The notes under the pieces were generated by a model. It ran no database searches. It saw nothing but the letters and a program-made list of their open reading frames with translations, and was not told the DNA's origin. 64,000 nucleotides of DNA from Phycisphaerales bacterium (lineage in GTDB: Bacteria; Planctomycetota; Phycisphaerae; Phycisphaerales; UBA5793). Location of the stretch: NCBI GenBank assembly GCA_043101845.1, contig JBICHN010000011.1:913678-977677 (forward strand). Direction: 5' to 3'. Shown in pieces: positions 38,394 through 48,569 of the stretch (position 1 is the stretch's first letter; each line of letters starts with the position of its first letter). The translations under genes and the position numbers were made by a program.

Positions 38394-40526
38394 ATGAGAA
38401 CGGACCATACGACATACGCCATCGCGACGAAGGTCAGTCTGGGCGGGCTCGCCCTGCAGATCATCGCGGGGGTCATCCTCCTGGCATTCGGACTGGCTAC
38501 GAGAGATCAGGTCGCCTGGGGCGCCTCGTTCTATGTTCTCGCCGGGTCAATCGTCTGGATCACCCTTGCGATTCTCTTTCACCAGCACAAACTGGAACGC
38601 ATCGAGGCGATCGAGTCCGAGGAGATCGTCCGCGCGGGCGAGCGAGGCGGCTCGATCTTCGAGGTATCCGAAGAAGACCTTGCGGTCGCCGCCCGCCGAT
38701 TGCGGGGGATGTACCGGGTCCTCGTTCCGGTCGTCAGTCTCATCGTCGCCGCGGTCCATGTCGGTCTCGGGGTTTATCTCTACCGCTACTACTTCCAGAC
38801 ACGGTGGGTCTCTGAAGCGGCGGGCACGAGAGCGGATCTTCCGTCGCTCCAGTACGCCGAGGGGGCGGCGGCGTCGTGGGGGATCGCCATCACCGCCGGC
38901 ATCGCCGCCGTGCTCTTCATCTTCTCGCGTTATGTGAGCGGAATGAGCAAGCAGCCGGCGTGGTCGAACCTTCGCGGTGGCGCGGCGGTGAGCGTCGGAA
39001 CGGCACTGGTCGGGGCCGTCCTTGCACTTTCGTACAGTTTCGTCGTCACCGGCAACGAATTCCTCATCCATCTCGTCTCGCGCCTCCTGCCGTTTTTCAT
39101 CGGGTTCGTAGGACTCGAGATTGCGGTCAACTTCGTCCTGAACATCTACCGGCCGCGCCGCCCGGGCGAAATTCCGCGTCCGGCGTTCGACTCGCGGGTG
39201 CTCAGCCTGCTCGCGACGCCGGATTCGGTCGTCAAGTCGATCAATGACGCGATCAACTACCAGTTCGGGTTCGAGGTCACCTCGACCTGGGCGTATCAGT
39301 TGCTCGCTCGACTCGTCATTCCGCTCGTGGCGTTCCTCGTCGCCCTCATTGTTGTTCTGAACGGCGCCGCGGTAGTTGAGCCGCACGAGCAGGCGATCGT
39401 GACGCGCTTCGGCAAACGCGTCTATGCGGATCGCGTCCTTGACTCGGGCATCGTCTTCAAGTGGCCGTGGGACCAGGTCGAGAGCTACCCGGTGTACCGC
39501 ATCCACGAAGTGACCGTGGGGCACGCCGACAATGTCGAGCTGTCGGACGGGCCGCTCCTCTGGGGTGAAGCGCACACGACGGGCGCGGAAGATCTGATCA
39601 TCGTTCGGCCGACGGCGCTCCGCCGTTCCGAAAATGACGGGGACTCTGGACGAGACGAGCGAGTCGTGCGCGACTTCGCCGTGCTCAACGCCGAAGTGCC
39701 CGTGCATTACCGGATCAAGACCGGAATGGACGACGCGCCGGGCGGGGGTCAGCGTCCCGGCCTCATCAACTATGTTGAGTTCGTCGCCGGTGAGCGCAAT
39801 CGCGACGAGCTGCTCACCGCCCTCGCGACACGAATCGTGCATCGATACGCCGCGTCACTTCGGATTGATGAGATTCTCGGCGACCGCCGCGCCGACATGC
39901 CGAACGAGTTGCAGCAGCTCATCCAGGCTGAGCTCGACGCGATGCACGCCGGCCTCGAAGTCGTTTTCGTCGGAGTGGCGGGCATTCACCCGCCGGTCGG
40001 CGAGGAACTCGGGGTGGTCGAGGCGTTCGAGGAGGTTCTGAAGGCGCGCGAAGAGCGGGAAGCGTCGATCCAGGAGGCTCGCGCGGAAGCGATCAAGGCG
40101 CTCTCGGAAGTCGCGGGAGATGAACAGACCGCCCGCCGTCTCGTCGAAGAAATCGAACGCCTGGAAACGCTTCGAATTGGAAGCGACGAGTACGCGGAGC
40201 AGGAGCAGGTCGTCGCCAATCTGCTCGTCGCCGCAGGGGGAACCGCGGCGACCACGCTCTACGACGCGAAGGCGCGGCGGTGGGAGATGACGATGGGCCA
40301 GTGGGCCCGCACGATCCGTCACAACAGCCGTCTCGCACGCTTTATCGCGGCGCCCGACCTCTACATGGCGCGCGAGTACTACGGGCGTCTCGTCGAGGCG
40401 CTCGCCGCACAGAAAGTGTTCATCGTGCCTCGTGACTATCCGGTCCGGCCGAGCATCAACCTCGAGGAAGATACCACGACCGTGAATCTCGGAGTGGGCA
40501 TCGAGGACGAGCAGAACATGTTCTGA
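38394..40526 (+). CDS. Polytopic membrane protein with SPFH (HflK-like) domain
   Basis: About 7-8 N-terminal TM segments, then VEPHEQAIVTRFG...GIVFKWPW, a GIHPP motif and coiled coil. Confidence 0.8.
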   Translation: MRTDHTTYAIATKVSLGGLALQIIAGVILLAFGLATRDQVAWGASFYVLAGSIVWITLAILFHQHKLERIEAIESEEIVRAGERGGSIFEVSEEDLAVAARRLRGMYRVLVPVVSLIVAAVHVGLGVYLYRYYFQTRWVSEAAGTRADLPSLQYAEGAAASWGIAITAGIAAVLFIFSRYVSGMSKQPAWSNLRGGAAVSVGTALVGAVLALSYSFVVTGNEFLIHLVSRLLPFFIGFVGLEIAVNFVLNIYRPRRPGEIPRPAFDSRVLSLLATPDSVVKSINDAINYQFGFEVTSTWAYQLLARLVIPLVAFLVALIVVLNGAAVVEPHEQAIVTRFGKRVYADRVLDSGIVFKWPWDQVESYPVYRIHEVTVGHADNVELSDGPLLWGEAHTTGAEDLIIVRPTALRRSENDGDSGRDERVVRDFAVLNAEVPVHYRIKTGMDDAPGGGQRPGLINYVEFVAGERNRDELLTALATRIVHRYAASLRIDEILGDRRADMPNELQQLIQAELDAMHAGLEVVFVGVAGIHPPVGEELGVVEAFEEVLKAREEREASIQEARAEAIKALSEVAGDEQTARRLVEEIERLETLRIGSDEYAEQEQVVANLLVAAGGTAATTLYDAKARRWEMTMGQWARTIRHNSRLARFIAAPDLYMAREYYGRLVEALAAQKVFIVPRDYPVRPSINLEEDTTTVNLGVGIEDEQNMF

Positions 40527-40594
40527 TTTGCCCATGAAGGCCAGGCGCCGCGGGGCGCCGGCGTGAATCGCACTACGGGAATCGAGTCTGATCT

Positions 40595-41566
40595 ATGAGT
40601 CGCATCGCCCTTTACATCCTCGCCGCACTCGTGGCGATCACCTTGCTGCTCTTCACTTGCACCTACAAGGTGCGGTTCAATGAGCACGCGATCGTGACCA
40701 CCTTCGGCCGCGCTGGCGAAGGATCGCTCACGACTGACGCCGGTCTCCATTTCAAATGGCCGTACCCGGTTCAGTCCGTGCATCACTTTGATGTCCGCAC
40801 ACGAGTGCTCGAGACTCGTCTCGAGAATGTCGTGACCTCGGACAACCAGCTTGTCGCGGTGCAGGTCTTCCTGACCTGGCGCATCAGCGATCTCCCGAGG
40901 TTCTTCCGCAGTCTCGAAACGATTGAGGCCGCGGAGGACCGACTGACGAACCGGCTTCGCTCCTCACTCGGAGTGTTCTCGTCGTTCGATTTCGACGACC
41001 TCCTGAGCCCTGCGGCGTCGGAGCTCGGTTCGGTCGAACAGCGAATGCTCGAAACGCTGCAGGGTCGGAGCGGCGGCAACGAGTCCGTCGGCGAACTCTT
41101 CGGCATCGAGCCGGTGACCGTCGGCGTGAGCCGATTCATCCTGCCCGAGAACACGACCGTCGCCGTATTCGAGCGAATGAAGCAGACGCGTGAAGCGCTC
41201 GCGCAGGACGCGCGATCGTCGGGCGAGGCTTCGGCTCGCGCGATTCGCACCGAAGCCGAGCGACTTGCGAAAACGATTGAGAGTTTCGCGGAGCGCATCG
41301 CCGCGGAAATCGTGGCGCGGGGTGAGGCGGAGGCGGCCGAACTCATCAGCCGTCAGGCCGAATCGCCCGAGGCGGAGGAATTCGCGATCTTCCTCCGCAA
41401 GCTCGACGCCTTCACGGCGTCGATCAGCCGGAACACCACGATCATCCTGCCGGCGATCCCGCCGTTCGACCTCTTCCTTGGTGAGGACTCGTTCCCGGCC
41501 GCGGCGCGAACGGACGAATCAGAACCCATCCGCGAGGCCGCCCGCGCCGACGGGGGAGGGAACTGA
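40595..41566 (+). CDS. SPFH-domain protein (HflC-like)
   Basis: Single TM, VRFNEHAIVTTFG, GLHFKWPYPVQ, VVTSDNQ, VFERMKQTR, FLRKLDAF. Confidence 0.85.
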   Translation: MSRIALYILAALVAITLLLFTCTYKVRFNEHAIVTTFGRAGEGSLTTDAGLHFKWPYPVQSVHHFDVRTRVLETRLENVVTSDNQLVAVQVFLTWRISDLPRFFRSLETIEAAEDRLTNRLRSSLGVFSSFDFDDLLSPAASELGSVEQRMLETLQGRSGGNESVGELFGIEPVTVGVSRFILPENTTVAVFERMKQTREALAQDARSSGEASARAIRTEAERLAKTIESFAERIAAEIVARGEAEAAELISRQAESPEAEEFAIFLRKLDAFTASISRNTTIILPAIPPFDLFLGEDSFPAAARTDESEPIREAARADGGGN

Positions 41567-41569
41567 GCC

Positions 41570-42838
41570 ATGGCGGAGACTCCGACGCCGACCAATCCGC
41601 CACAGCCGCCGGGCCGACGGCCCGACGACGCCACGCCGGCCGCGCTCGACCCCGCGAACAAGTCGCTCATGGATGCGCTGAGGCTCAGCTTCCGCATTCT
41701 CCAGGTCGTGATGGTGCTGCTCATTCTCGTGTACCTCAAGAGTGGCTACAACATCGTGCCCGAGCAGTCGAAGGGCATTCGTCTCACTTTCGGACAGATG
41801 AGTTCGGAGACGCTCGAGCCGGGCGGCCATTTCAGCTGGCCAGCGCCGATCGGCGATTTCGTTACCGTGCGAACCGCGTCGCGCGAAGTGGAACTGCTCA
41901 ACGAGTTCTGGATCCAGCTTCGCGAGAACGAGCGCAACCGGTCATTCTCCGAAATCAGTCGAATGGCGAACGAAGGGCTGCGCCCGGGTACCGACGGCTC
42001 AATCATTACGGCGGACCACAATCTCGCGCACACGAAGTGGAAGATCACCTATCGCGTTCGCGATCCTCGGTCCTTTGTCGAGTATGTCCACGCCGACGCG
42101 GATGAAGTGGTGCTCGCCGCCGCGGAGCGCGGAGTCGTGCATGCAGCGGCCGTGATTGAACTCGACACAATCATCTCGACGCCCGATGCGATGACGCCGC
42201 AAGTCAAGTCGTACGCGCAGAATGTGCTCGATGAGATGGGCGCTGGAATTGAAGTTGAATCGGTCTCGCTTGTCGAAGCGCGCCCACCTCGCCAGGTGCT
42301 CGAAGCGTACGAGAGCGTGACGCGGGCGAACGCGGATGCGAAGCGGGCCGAGGCTGAGGCCCGCCGCGAGCGGGCGCGAATCCTGAACGATGTCGCGGGA
42401 GGCGCCTTCAACGAACTCGTCGAGCTCATTCGGGAGTATGAATCGTTGACTGAACTCGCGGCCGATGATGAGTCTCAAGCAGCGGCGGATGAGGTCCTCG
42501 CACAAATTGACGAGTTGATCCAGTCCGGTCAGGTCGCCGGACAAGTCGCCGAGCTCGTCGGGGAAGCTCAGCAGGATCGAATCGCGCTCCTCACGGAACT
42601 GCGGAACGAGTACCAGATCTTCTCTGCGCTATACGAGCAGTATCGCGCGAATCCCGAGTTGACCGTCACGGAACTCTGGAGTCGCTCCATGGAGGATGTC
42701 GCCGCCCGTGACTTCGTCCGATTCTGGCTCTCCGAAGACACGACGGAAATCGTCGAACTCAAGATCAACACTCCCGCAGATATCATTCGACAGCGGCAGC
42801 GTGAGGTGTATGAAGCAGACGGCCAGGGCGGCGGCTGA
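41570..42838 (+). CDS. SPFH-domain protein (HflK-like)
   Basis: Single TM, GIRLTFG...PGGHFSWPAPI, ITADHNL, RPPRQVLEAYESV, coiled coil. Confidence 0.85.
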   Translation: MAETPTPTNPPQPPGRRPDDATPAALDPANKSLMDALRLSFRILQVVMVLLILVYLKSGYNIVPEQSKGIRLTFGQMSSETLEPGGHFSWPAPIGDFVTVRTASREVELLNEFWIQLRENERNRSFSEISRMANEGLRPGTDGSIITADHNLAHTKWKITYRVRDPRSFVEYVHADADEVVLAAAERGVVHAAAVIELDTIISTPDAMTPQVKSYAQNVLDEMGAGIEVESVSLVEARPPRQVLEAYESVTRANADAKRAEAEARRERARILNDVAGGAFNELVELIREYESLTELAADDESQAAADEVLAQIDELIQSGQVAGQVAELVGEAQQDRIALLTELRNEYQIFSALYEQYRANPELTVTELWSRSMEDVAARDFVRFWLSEDTTEIVELKINTPADIIRQRQREVYEADGQGGG

Positions 42839-42864
42839 GCCACAACGATTGGTGAGGAGGCCCG

Positions 42865-44115
42865 TTGGTCACTCCGACGAACTCAACGAAGACTCCGGTC
42901 GTGCTCGCGCAACGCCTGACGAAGGTGTTCGGCGATTTCTGGATGCGTGACAAGGTGCGCGCCGTCGACAACCTCGACTTCGTGATCGAGCCCGGGCAGA
43001 TTTTCGGTCTCATCGGCCCGAACGGTTCAGGGAAGTCGACGACGATCAAGATGATTCTCGGCCTGCTCCACAAGACGAGCGGCCGGCTCGCCGTCTTCGG
43101 CAAGACGCCGAATGACCTGAGCGTCAAGAATCGAATCGGATACCTGCCGGAAGAGTCGTACCTCTATCCGTTTCTGAACGCTCGCGAAACCCTCGATTTC
43201 TACGGCAAGCTCTTTCGACTCGACCGCCGCACGCGGCAGCGCCGCATCGATGAACTGCTCGACATGGTGGGTCTCGACGCGGTGCAGCGGCGTCCGATCG
43301 GTCAATTCTCGAAGGGCATGCAGCGCCGCGTCGGAATCGGTCAGGCGCTGATCAATGATCCGGACTTCCTCATTCTCGATGAACCGACATCGGGTCTCGA
43401 CCCACTCGGCATCCGTCAGGTGAAGGATCTCATCCTCGATCTGGGGAAGCGCGGCAAGACGATTCTGCTCAGTTCGCACCTGCTTTCGGAGGTCGAGGAC
43501 GTCTGCGACAGCATGACGATCCTCTACGGCGGAAAGAAGCGCGCTGAAGGTACGCGAGAAGAATTGCTCCTCGCTGATGACCGCACGGTGATCGAAGTCG
43601 ATGCGCTCACCCCGGAAAAAGCGGAAGAAGTTCGACGCTTTATCGAAGATCACGAGGGCAAACGCGTGCGCAGTCTGGCGCCGGCCCGGCAAAGCCTCGA
43701 GTCGCTCTTCCTGAACATCGTCGAGGAAGCTCAACGCGAGCGGCTCGAGACGCACGGCGCCAAGGCCGGCGGTCCGACCGCGGCCTTCCTCCGCGGTCAG
43801 ACTGAGCCGTCTGAAGCGTCGGCGCCGGAAGGCGAGGCGCTTATCGACAGCCTCGTCGCCGATGAGCCCGCTTCGGCCCGGCCGGCGACGGAGGGCGCCG
43901 TGGCTGAACCGGAATCCGCAGAGCCGGCGTCCGACGAGTCAGATCAGGTGCTCGAAGATCTGCTCGCCGACGAGGAACCGGAACCTCCGACGGCGCCAAC
44001 TCCCTCGACTCCGTCCACTCCGGCGCGGCCGACCCCGGCCGACGACGATGTCGATCGTTCCGTCATTGATTCGCTCCTCGATTCGGACAACCGTCCGACG
44101 GATCCGAAGCCTTGA
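42865..44115 (+). CDS. ABC transporter ATP-binding protein with acidic Pro-rich tail
   Basis: GPNGSGKST, FSKGM signature, DEPTSGLD, SSHLL; SD GAGGAGG before TTG. Confidence 0.92.
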   Translation: MVTPTNSTKTPVVLAQRLTKVFGDFWMRDKVRAVDNLDFVIEPGQIFGLIGPNGSGKSTTIKMILGLLHKTSGRLAVFGKTPNDLSVKNRIGYLPEESYLYPFLNARETLDFYGKLFRLDRRTRQRRIDELLDMVGLDAVQRRPIGQFSKGMQRRVGIGQALINDPDFLILDEPTSGLDPLGIRQVKDLILDLGKRGKTILLSSHLLSEVEDVCDSMTILYGGKKRAEGTREELLLADDRTVIEVDALTPEKAEEVRRFIEDHEGKRVRSLAPARQSLESLFLNIVEEAQRERLETHGAKAGGPTAAFLRGQTEPSEASAPEGEALIDSLVADEPASARPATEGAVAEPESAEPASDESDQVLEDLLADEEPEPPTAPTPSTPSTPARPTPADDDVDRSVIDSLLDSDNRPTDPKP

Positions 44116-46115
44116 TCGATCGCCTCTACCAGATCATCGATCGGATGCACTGGCTTCAGCGCGGGACGAGATTCAAGCTCGTCGCGACCGCGATGGTCGT
44201 GGTCGTGAACGCGATCCTTCTCGGGCTTGCGCTGGGATCGGAAGCGTTCGTCGAGTCCCTGCCGAATCAGATCCGCAATCAACTCTGGACGAATCTGGCG
44301 CTTGAATTCGTGCTGGCTCTTGCGGTCGTCTGGCTCAACCACACGCTCACCGCGGTCGCATTCGCCGTGTTTGGCGCCGCATTCGCCGTTCCGCTTTACT
44401 TCCTCGGCCAGGAGCACTGGTCGTGGGCGATCTCGGCGATCGCCTCACTCATCGTGGCGTTTCTGCTGCTGGTGGAGCTATCGCGACTCGCGCTCGGCGG
44501 TGTCTGGGCGCCGCTCGCCGTCGCCCGGGTGTTCATCGATGAAGCATTGCGAATGAAGATCGCCGTCGTCTTCATCGGCGCGCTCATCTTCCTCGTGCCG
44601 TTCATCTCGACGCAACTCGATCCGGATGTGCGGCTGAGCTATCGCATTCAGACTTTCCTGAGTTACGGCGTCGGACTGAGTTACGCCATCCTTGCCGTAA
44701 TGACGCTCTTTCTCGCCACGGCGACGGTCGCGTTCGAACAACGCGACAAGCAGATCTACCAGATCGTCGCGAAGCCGATCAGTCGATTCGAATACCTGAT
44801 CGGAAAGTGGATCGGCGTGATGACGCTGAACCTTGTTCTGCTCGCAATCATCGGCGGCGCCGTATTCTGGTCGGTGACCTATCTCCGTACGCTCCCGGCG
44901 AAGGGCGCGTACGACCGACTCGCGGTCACCGAACAGGTTCTCACCGCACGGGTCGGTGTGAAGCCGGCGCTGCCCGATTTCCTCGAAGAGGCCCGGTTTG
45001 TCGCGAGCGAAGAGGTCCGACTCAATCCGGAGATCGAGAACACGCCGCAGAATGTCACCGAGCTCATGCAGCAGGAGGTCAAGCGACTCCGAACGGCGGC
45101 GCTCACGGTCCCGGCGGGCGATCAGAAGATGTTCACCTTTGAGAATGTCGAGCCGATCTCGCGCGAACGAACCATTACCGTCGACCAAGGCGAACCCTTC
45201 TGGCTCGGCGACGAAGTCAAGACGATCTTCGACATTCGACTGACGAGCGAAGACGGCGGCGTCGTGTACACGCCGGATCTGCACTATCGTCTCGCGCGGC
45301 GGGACAGCGAGACCGGAATCGTTTTTCCCCCGGCCGGGGAACAGAACACCGAAGGCGTCAAGCTCGTCAATGGACAGCGGGTTCGCCTCCGCTACTTCCC
45401 CGCAAGCGCCTTGACGCTTCGCTTCAAGATCAACACGGGTGAGAACCTCCAGGGCGTCGCGTTTCCGCTGACCTTCCTTGTCGAAGATGTGTATCCGCAG
45501 ATTCAGGAAGTGGCGCCGGTTCAATCGCAGACGATGTTGATTCCCGCCGGACTCGTGAACGATGACGGCACACTCTCGATTCGTATCGTGAATGGCGACC
45601 TCGATCGGGGACAGCCGAATCCGGTCACGATCTCGTTTCCGCCCGACGGGCTGGAACTCATGTATAAAACGAGCGAGTTTCCGCCGAACTACCTGCGGGC
45701 GATGATGGTCATCTGGCTCAAGCTGGGCTTCCTCGCCATGCTCGGCATCGCCGCAGCGGCCATCGCGAGCTTCCCGGTCGCGTGCCTCATGGCCTTCACG
45801 ATCTTCCTCGCCGCCGAAACGGGCGAATTTCTCACCGAGGCGCTCGAGTTCGTGAATCCGGTCGACCCGGTGACGCAGGAGATCAACTGGATTATGTGGC
45901 TCGCGGTCGCTGTGGCGAAGCCGACCTCATGGCTCCTCGGCGCCTACGCGGAGTTTCGGCCGACGGGGAACCTGATTGAAGGTCGTCTCGTATCATGGAC
46001 AACGGTCTTCCGGACGCTCGCGGTGATAACGGGGATCTGGACGGGTCTTGCCCTGCTCGCCGGGTGGATTTCATTCCGGACCCGACAGCTCGCGCTCTAT
46101 TCGGGCCACAGCTGA
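44112..46115 (+). CDS. ABC-2-type permease with large extracytoplasmic domain
   Basis: Multiple TM segments, EQRDKQIYQIVAKPISRFEYLIGKWIG; start overlaps the ATPase stop. Confidence 0.8.
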   Translation: MIDRLYQIIDRMHWLQRGTRFKLVATAMVVVVNAILLGLALGSEAFVESLPNQIRNQLWTNLALEFVLALAVVWLNHTLTAVAFAVFGAAFAVPLYFLGQEHWSWAISAIASLIVAFLLLVELSRLALGGVWAPLAVARVFIDEALRMKIAVVFIGALIFLVPFISTQLDPDVRLSYRIQTFLSYGVGLSYAILAVMTLFLATATVAFEQRDKQIYQIVAKPISRFEYLIGKWIGVMTLNLVLLAIIGGAVFWSVTYLRTLPAKGAYDRLAVTEQVLTARVGVKPALPDFLEEARFVASEEVRLNPEIENTPQNVTELMQQEVKRLRTAALTVPAGDQKMFTFENVEPISRERTITVDQGEPFWLGDEVKTIFDIRLTSEDGGVVYTPDLHYRLARRDSETGIVFPPAGEQNTEGVKLVNGQRVRLRYFPASALTLRFKINTGENLQGVAFPLTFLVEDVYPQIQEVAPVQSQTMLIPAGLVNDDGTLSIRIVNGDLDRGQPNPVTISFPPDGLELMYKTSEFPPNYLRAMMVIWLKLGFLAMLGIAAAAIASFPVACLMAFTIFLAAETGEFLTEALEFVNPVDPVTQEINWIMWLAVAVAKPTSWLLGAYAEFRPTGNLIEGRLVSWTTVFRTLAVITGIWTGLALLAGWISFRTRQLALYSGHS

Positions 46116-46167
46116 TCGCCGAACGCGGAGCGACCGTGCGTCCGCTTGTTGATTGAGGAGTGAGTCG

Positions 46168-48102
46168 ATGCGAGCTGATCGCGTCATCCAGCTTGTCGCC
46201 GCGATCCTGCTTGCCGGATGCTTCGTGGCCGCCGGGGCGCTCATGCCGTCGATCAATGCCTCGGCGTCCGACGCCCAGCTCAAGTACACGGACGAGGCGG
46301 CGGAAGGCGCGCCGCTGCCCGTCGTGATCGCCCAGTCGGTCGGTGTCCTGCGCGGCGTCATGGTGAACTACCTCTGGATCCGCGCCGACAAACTCAAGGA
46401 AGACGGCAAGTACTTCGAGGCGTACCACATCGCGAAATGGATTACCGATCTCCAGCCGCGCTTCGCCTCGGTCTGGCAGTTCCAGGCCTGGAACATGGCG
46501 TACAACATCTCCGTCGCGACGCATACCCGCGAAGAGCGATGGAACTGGGTGAACGCCGGCGTGCGCCTCCTCCGCGAGAAGGGCATTCGATACAACCCGA
46601 ACGACATGGGGCTCTACAAGGAGCTCGCGTGGACCTTCTTCCACAAGATCGGCGGCGCGACTGACGACGCCAATATGTACTACAAGCAGCAGATGGCGCA
46701 CGAGTGGCAGGGAATCCTCGGGCCGCCGGCGTACGAGGAGGATGAGCGTCTCGAAGCGATCGAAATCGTCGCCGGGGCTCCGGGACGGCTCGACGCGATT
46801 CTCGACGAATATCCAGCCGCCACTTCACTCGTCGCCGAACTCGACGCCATCGGATTCAAGCTCGATGTCAATCTGCTGCACGCGATCGAGCGGCTCCGCG
46901 CTGCGGAGTTCAGCTTTCTCGGTGAACAGCTCAATCTCGCCGAGGAGCTGCGCAACTTCGACCGGCTCGATCGCATGACGCCCGAGCAGCGAGAGCAGGT
47001 TGAACCCTACATGCTGCTCCGCCGGCTCCGCGACGAACCGCGGTACGCCGAGGTGTGGCCGGCCCTGCTCGCGCATACGCGGAAGCGGGTGCTGCTCGAC
47101 AACTACAACATGGATCCCGAATACATGCGGCTCTTCATGGAGCAGTTCGGGCCGCTCGACTGGCGTACGCCCCAGGCGCATTCAGTCTACTGGGCGGCGA
47201 TCGGCGTCGAGCGGGGCCTCGGGCGATACCAGCAGGAGTCGTTCGACCAGATCAACACCGATCGCCTGTTGTTTCACTCGCTTCAGGATCTTCGGCGCAA
47301 GGGTCGCATCTTCTACGATTACCTCACGCAGGAAATCAGTTTCGGTCCGGACCTTCGATTCACCGACTACTACCTGCAGGCCGCCGACATCGTTATCAAG
47401 AGAAACCCGTTCGGAGAGCGGGGCGGTGGGAGCGAAACCTACAAAGACGGCATGCGCAACTTTCTCATCGACGCGGTTCGCGAATACTACCTGTTCGGTG
47501 AGATCGCGAAGGCTGAAGAGCTCTATCGCCGACTGCGCACGGAGTTCGCCCAGGAAGACAAGCCGGACCGCTTCATGCGTCCTCTGCCCGAATTCATCAT
47601 GGTCGAGATGCGCGACCGGTACAGCTCGCCGGATGTGGCGCGACCGGCGATCATGAGTTTGATTGGACAGGCGTACCGCTACGGCCTGGCGCGGGAGGAT
47701 CGCGAGGCGTATTCCGAGAGCATCGCGATGGCCCGGCAGCTCTACGACTACATCGAAGAGTTCTACGCCGATTACCGTGGGCAGATTGAAACGAACGAAC
47801 GACGAATTCGCCTCAGCCCCTGGCCGGAGATGTTGCGCAACGCGTTCATCATGGTCATGACGGATGAAGCCGTTTCGCTTGAAGAGCGGGTGGCCCTTTA
47901 CAACTCAGGGCCCGTCGAGCGGCTCCGGCTCGAGACTTATGACGATCTTCTGCCGCAACTGCAGAATTCAGTGGTGCGGCGGCTCGGCTCGGTCGAGAGT
48001 TTCGACCGGTTCTTCCCGCCGCCCCCGGGGATCGAAGAGTACCGGGCCCGGCGGCAGGCGACGCCGGATGAAGAGAAGAATCTCCAGATCGAGCGGAAGT
48101 GA
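46168..48102 (+). CDS. Membrane-anchored helical (TPR-like) protein of the ABC locus
   Basis: SD GAGGAG, N-terminal TM, LWIRAD...WITDLQPRFASVWQFQAWNMAYNIS; last gene of the run. Confidence 0.8.
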   Translation: MRADRVIQLVAAILLAGCFVAAGALMPSINASASDAQLKYTDEAAEGAPLPVVIAQSVGVLRGVMVNYLWIRADKLKEDGKYFEAYHIAKWITDLQPRFASVWQFQAWNMAYNISVATHTREERWNWVNAGVRLLREKGIRYNPNDMGLYKELAWTFFHKIGGATDDANMYYKQQMAHEWQGILGPPAYEEDERLEAIEIVAGAPGRLDAILDEYPAATSLVAELDAIGFKLDVNLLHAIERLRAAEFSFLGEQLNLAEELRNFDRLDRMTPEQREQVEPYMLLRRLRDEPRYAEVWPALLAHTRKRVLLDNYNMDPEYMRLFMEQFGPLDWRTPQAHSVYWAAIGVERGLGRYQQESFDQINTDRLLFHSLQDLRRKGRIFYDYLTQEISFGPDLRFTDYYLQAADIVIKRNPFGERGGGSETYKDGMRNFLIDAVREYYLFGEIAKAEELYRRLRTEFAQEDKPDRFMRPLPEFIMVEMRDRYSSPDVARPAIMSLIGQAYRYGLAREDREAYSESIAMARQLYDYIEEFYADYRGQIETNERRIRLSPWPEMLRNAFIMVMTDEAVSLEERVALYNSGPVERLRLETYDDLLPQLQNSVVRRLGSVESFDRFFPPPPGIEEYRARRQATPDEEKNLQIERK

Positions 48103-48197
48103 CTCGCGGGCCGCTGGTTACCGAAGATCACCGGGTACGCCCCATTCGGACGGCCCCGGCTTGTTTCGCTCCGTTCGTCGACCGATACTTGTAGTGC

Positions 48198-48569
48198 ATG
48201 ACCTCGACGCCTTCCCGTACTCGCACGGTTCGACCCGCCGGCCTTCCGGCGGCGACGCTGGTCGCCCTCGCGGCGCTGGCGGTCGCGTTGTCAGCCGGGG
48301 ATACGGCGACGCAGGGTTGGCCAAGCCGTTCGCTCGCCCGGGAAACGCTCGGCGTCGAGCAACCACTTCGAATCTGGAGCGTCCGCGTCGTCCGCGCTGC
48401 GCAGCGTCTGGTGGGCGCTCAGGCCGTGGCGGCGCTCAACCCGGCTCCGACGGATGTCACGATCCGCGATCAATCCGGGCTTGATCCCGATCGAGAGGCG
48501 CTTGACCGTCCGATCGAGGCGCCTGTCCTTCTTGGACACCTCAATCTTCCGCCGCCGCTCGCCGGTTGA
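48198..48569 (+). CDS. secA upstream ORF, candidate secretion-monitor/arrest peptide
   Basis: 123 aa with a basic N-terminus, signal-like AATLVALAALAVALSA and C-terminal HLNLPPPLAG; ends 158 nt before secA. Confidence 0.65.
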   Translation: MTSTPSRTRTVRPAGLPAATLVALAALAVALSAGDTATQGWPSRSLARETLGVEQPLRIWSVRVVRAAQRLVGAQAVAALNPAPTDVTIRDQSGLDPDREALDRPIEAPVLLGHLNLPPPLAG

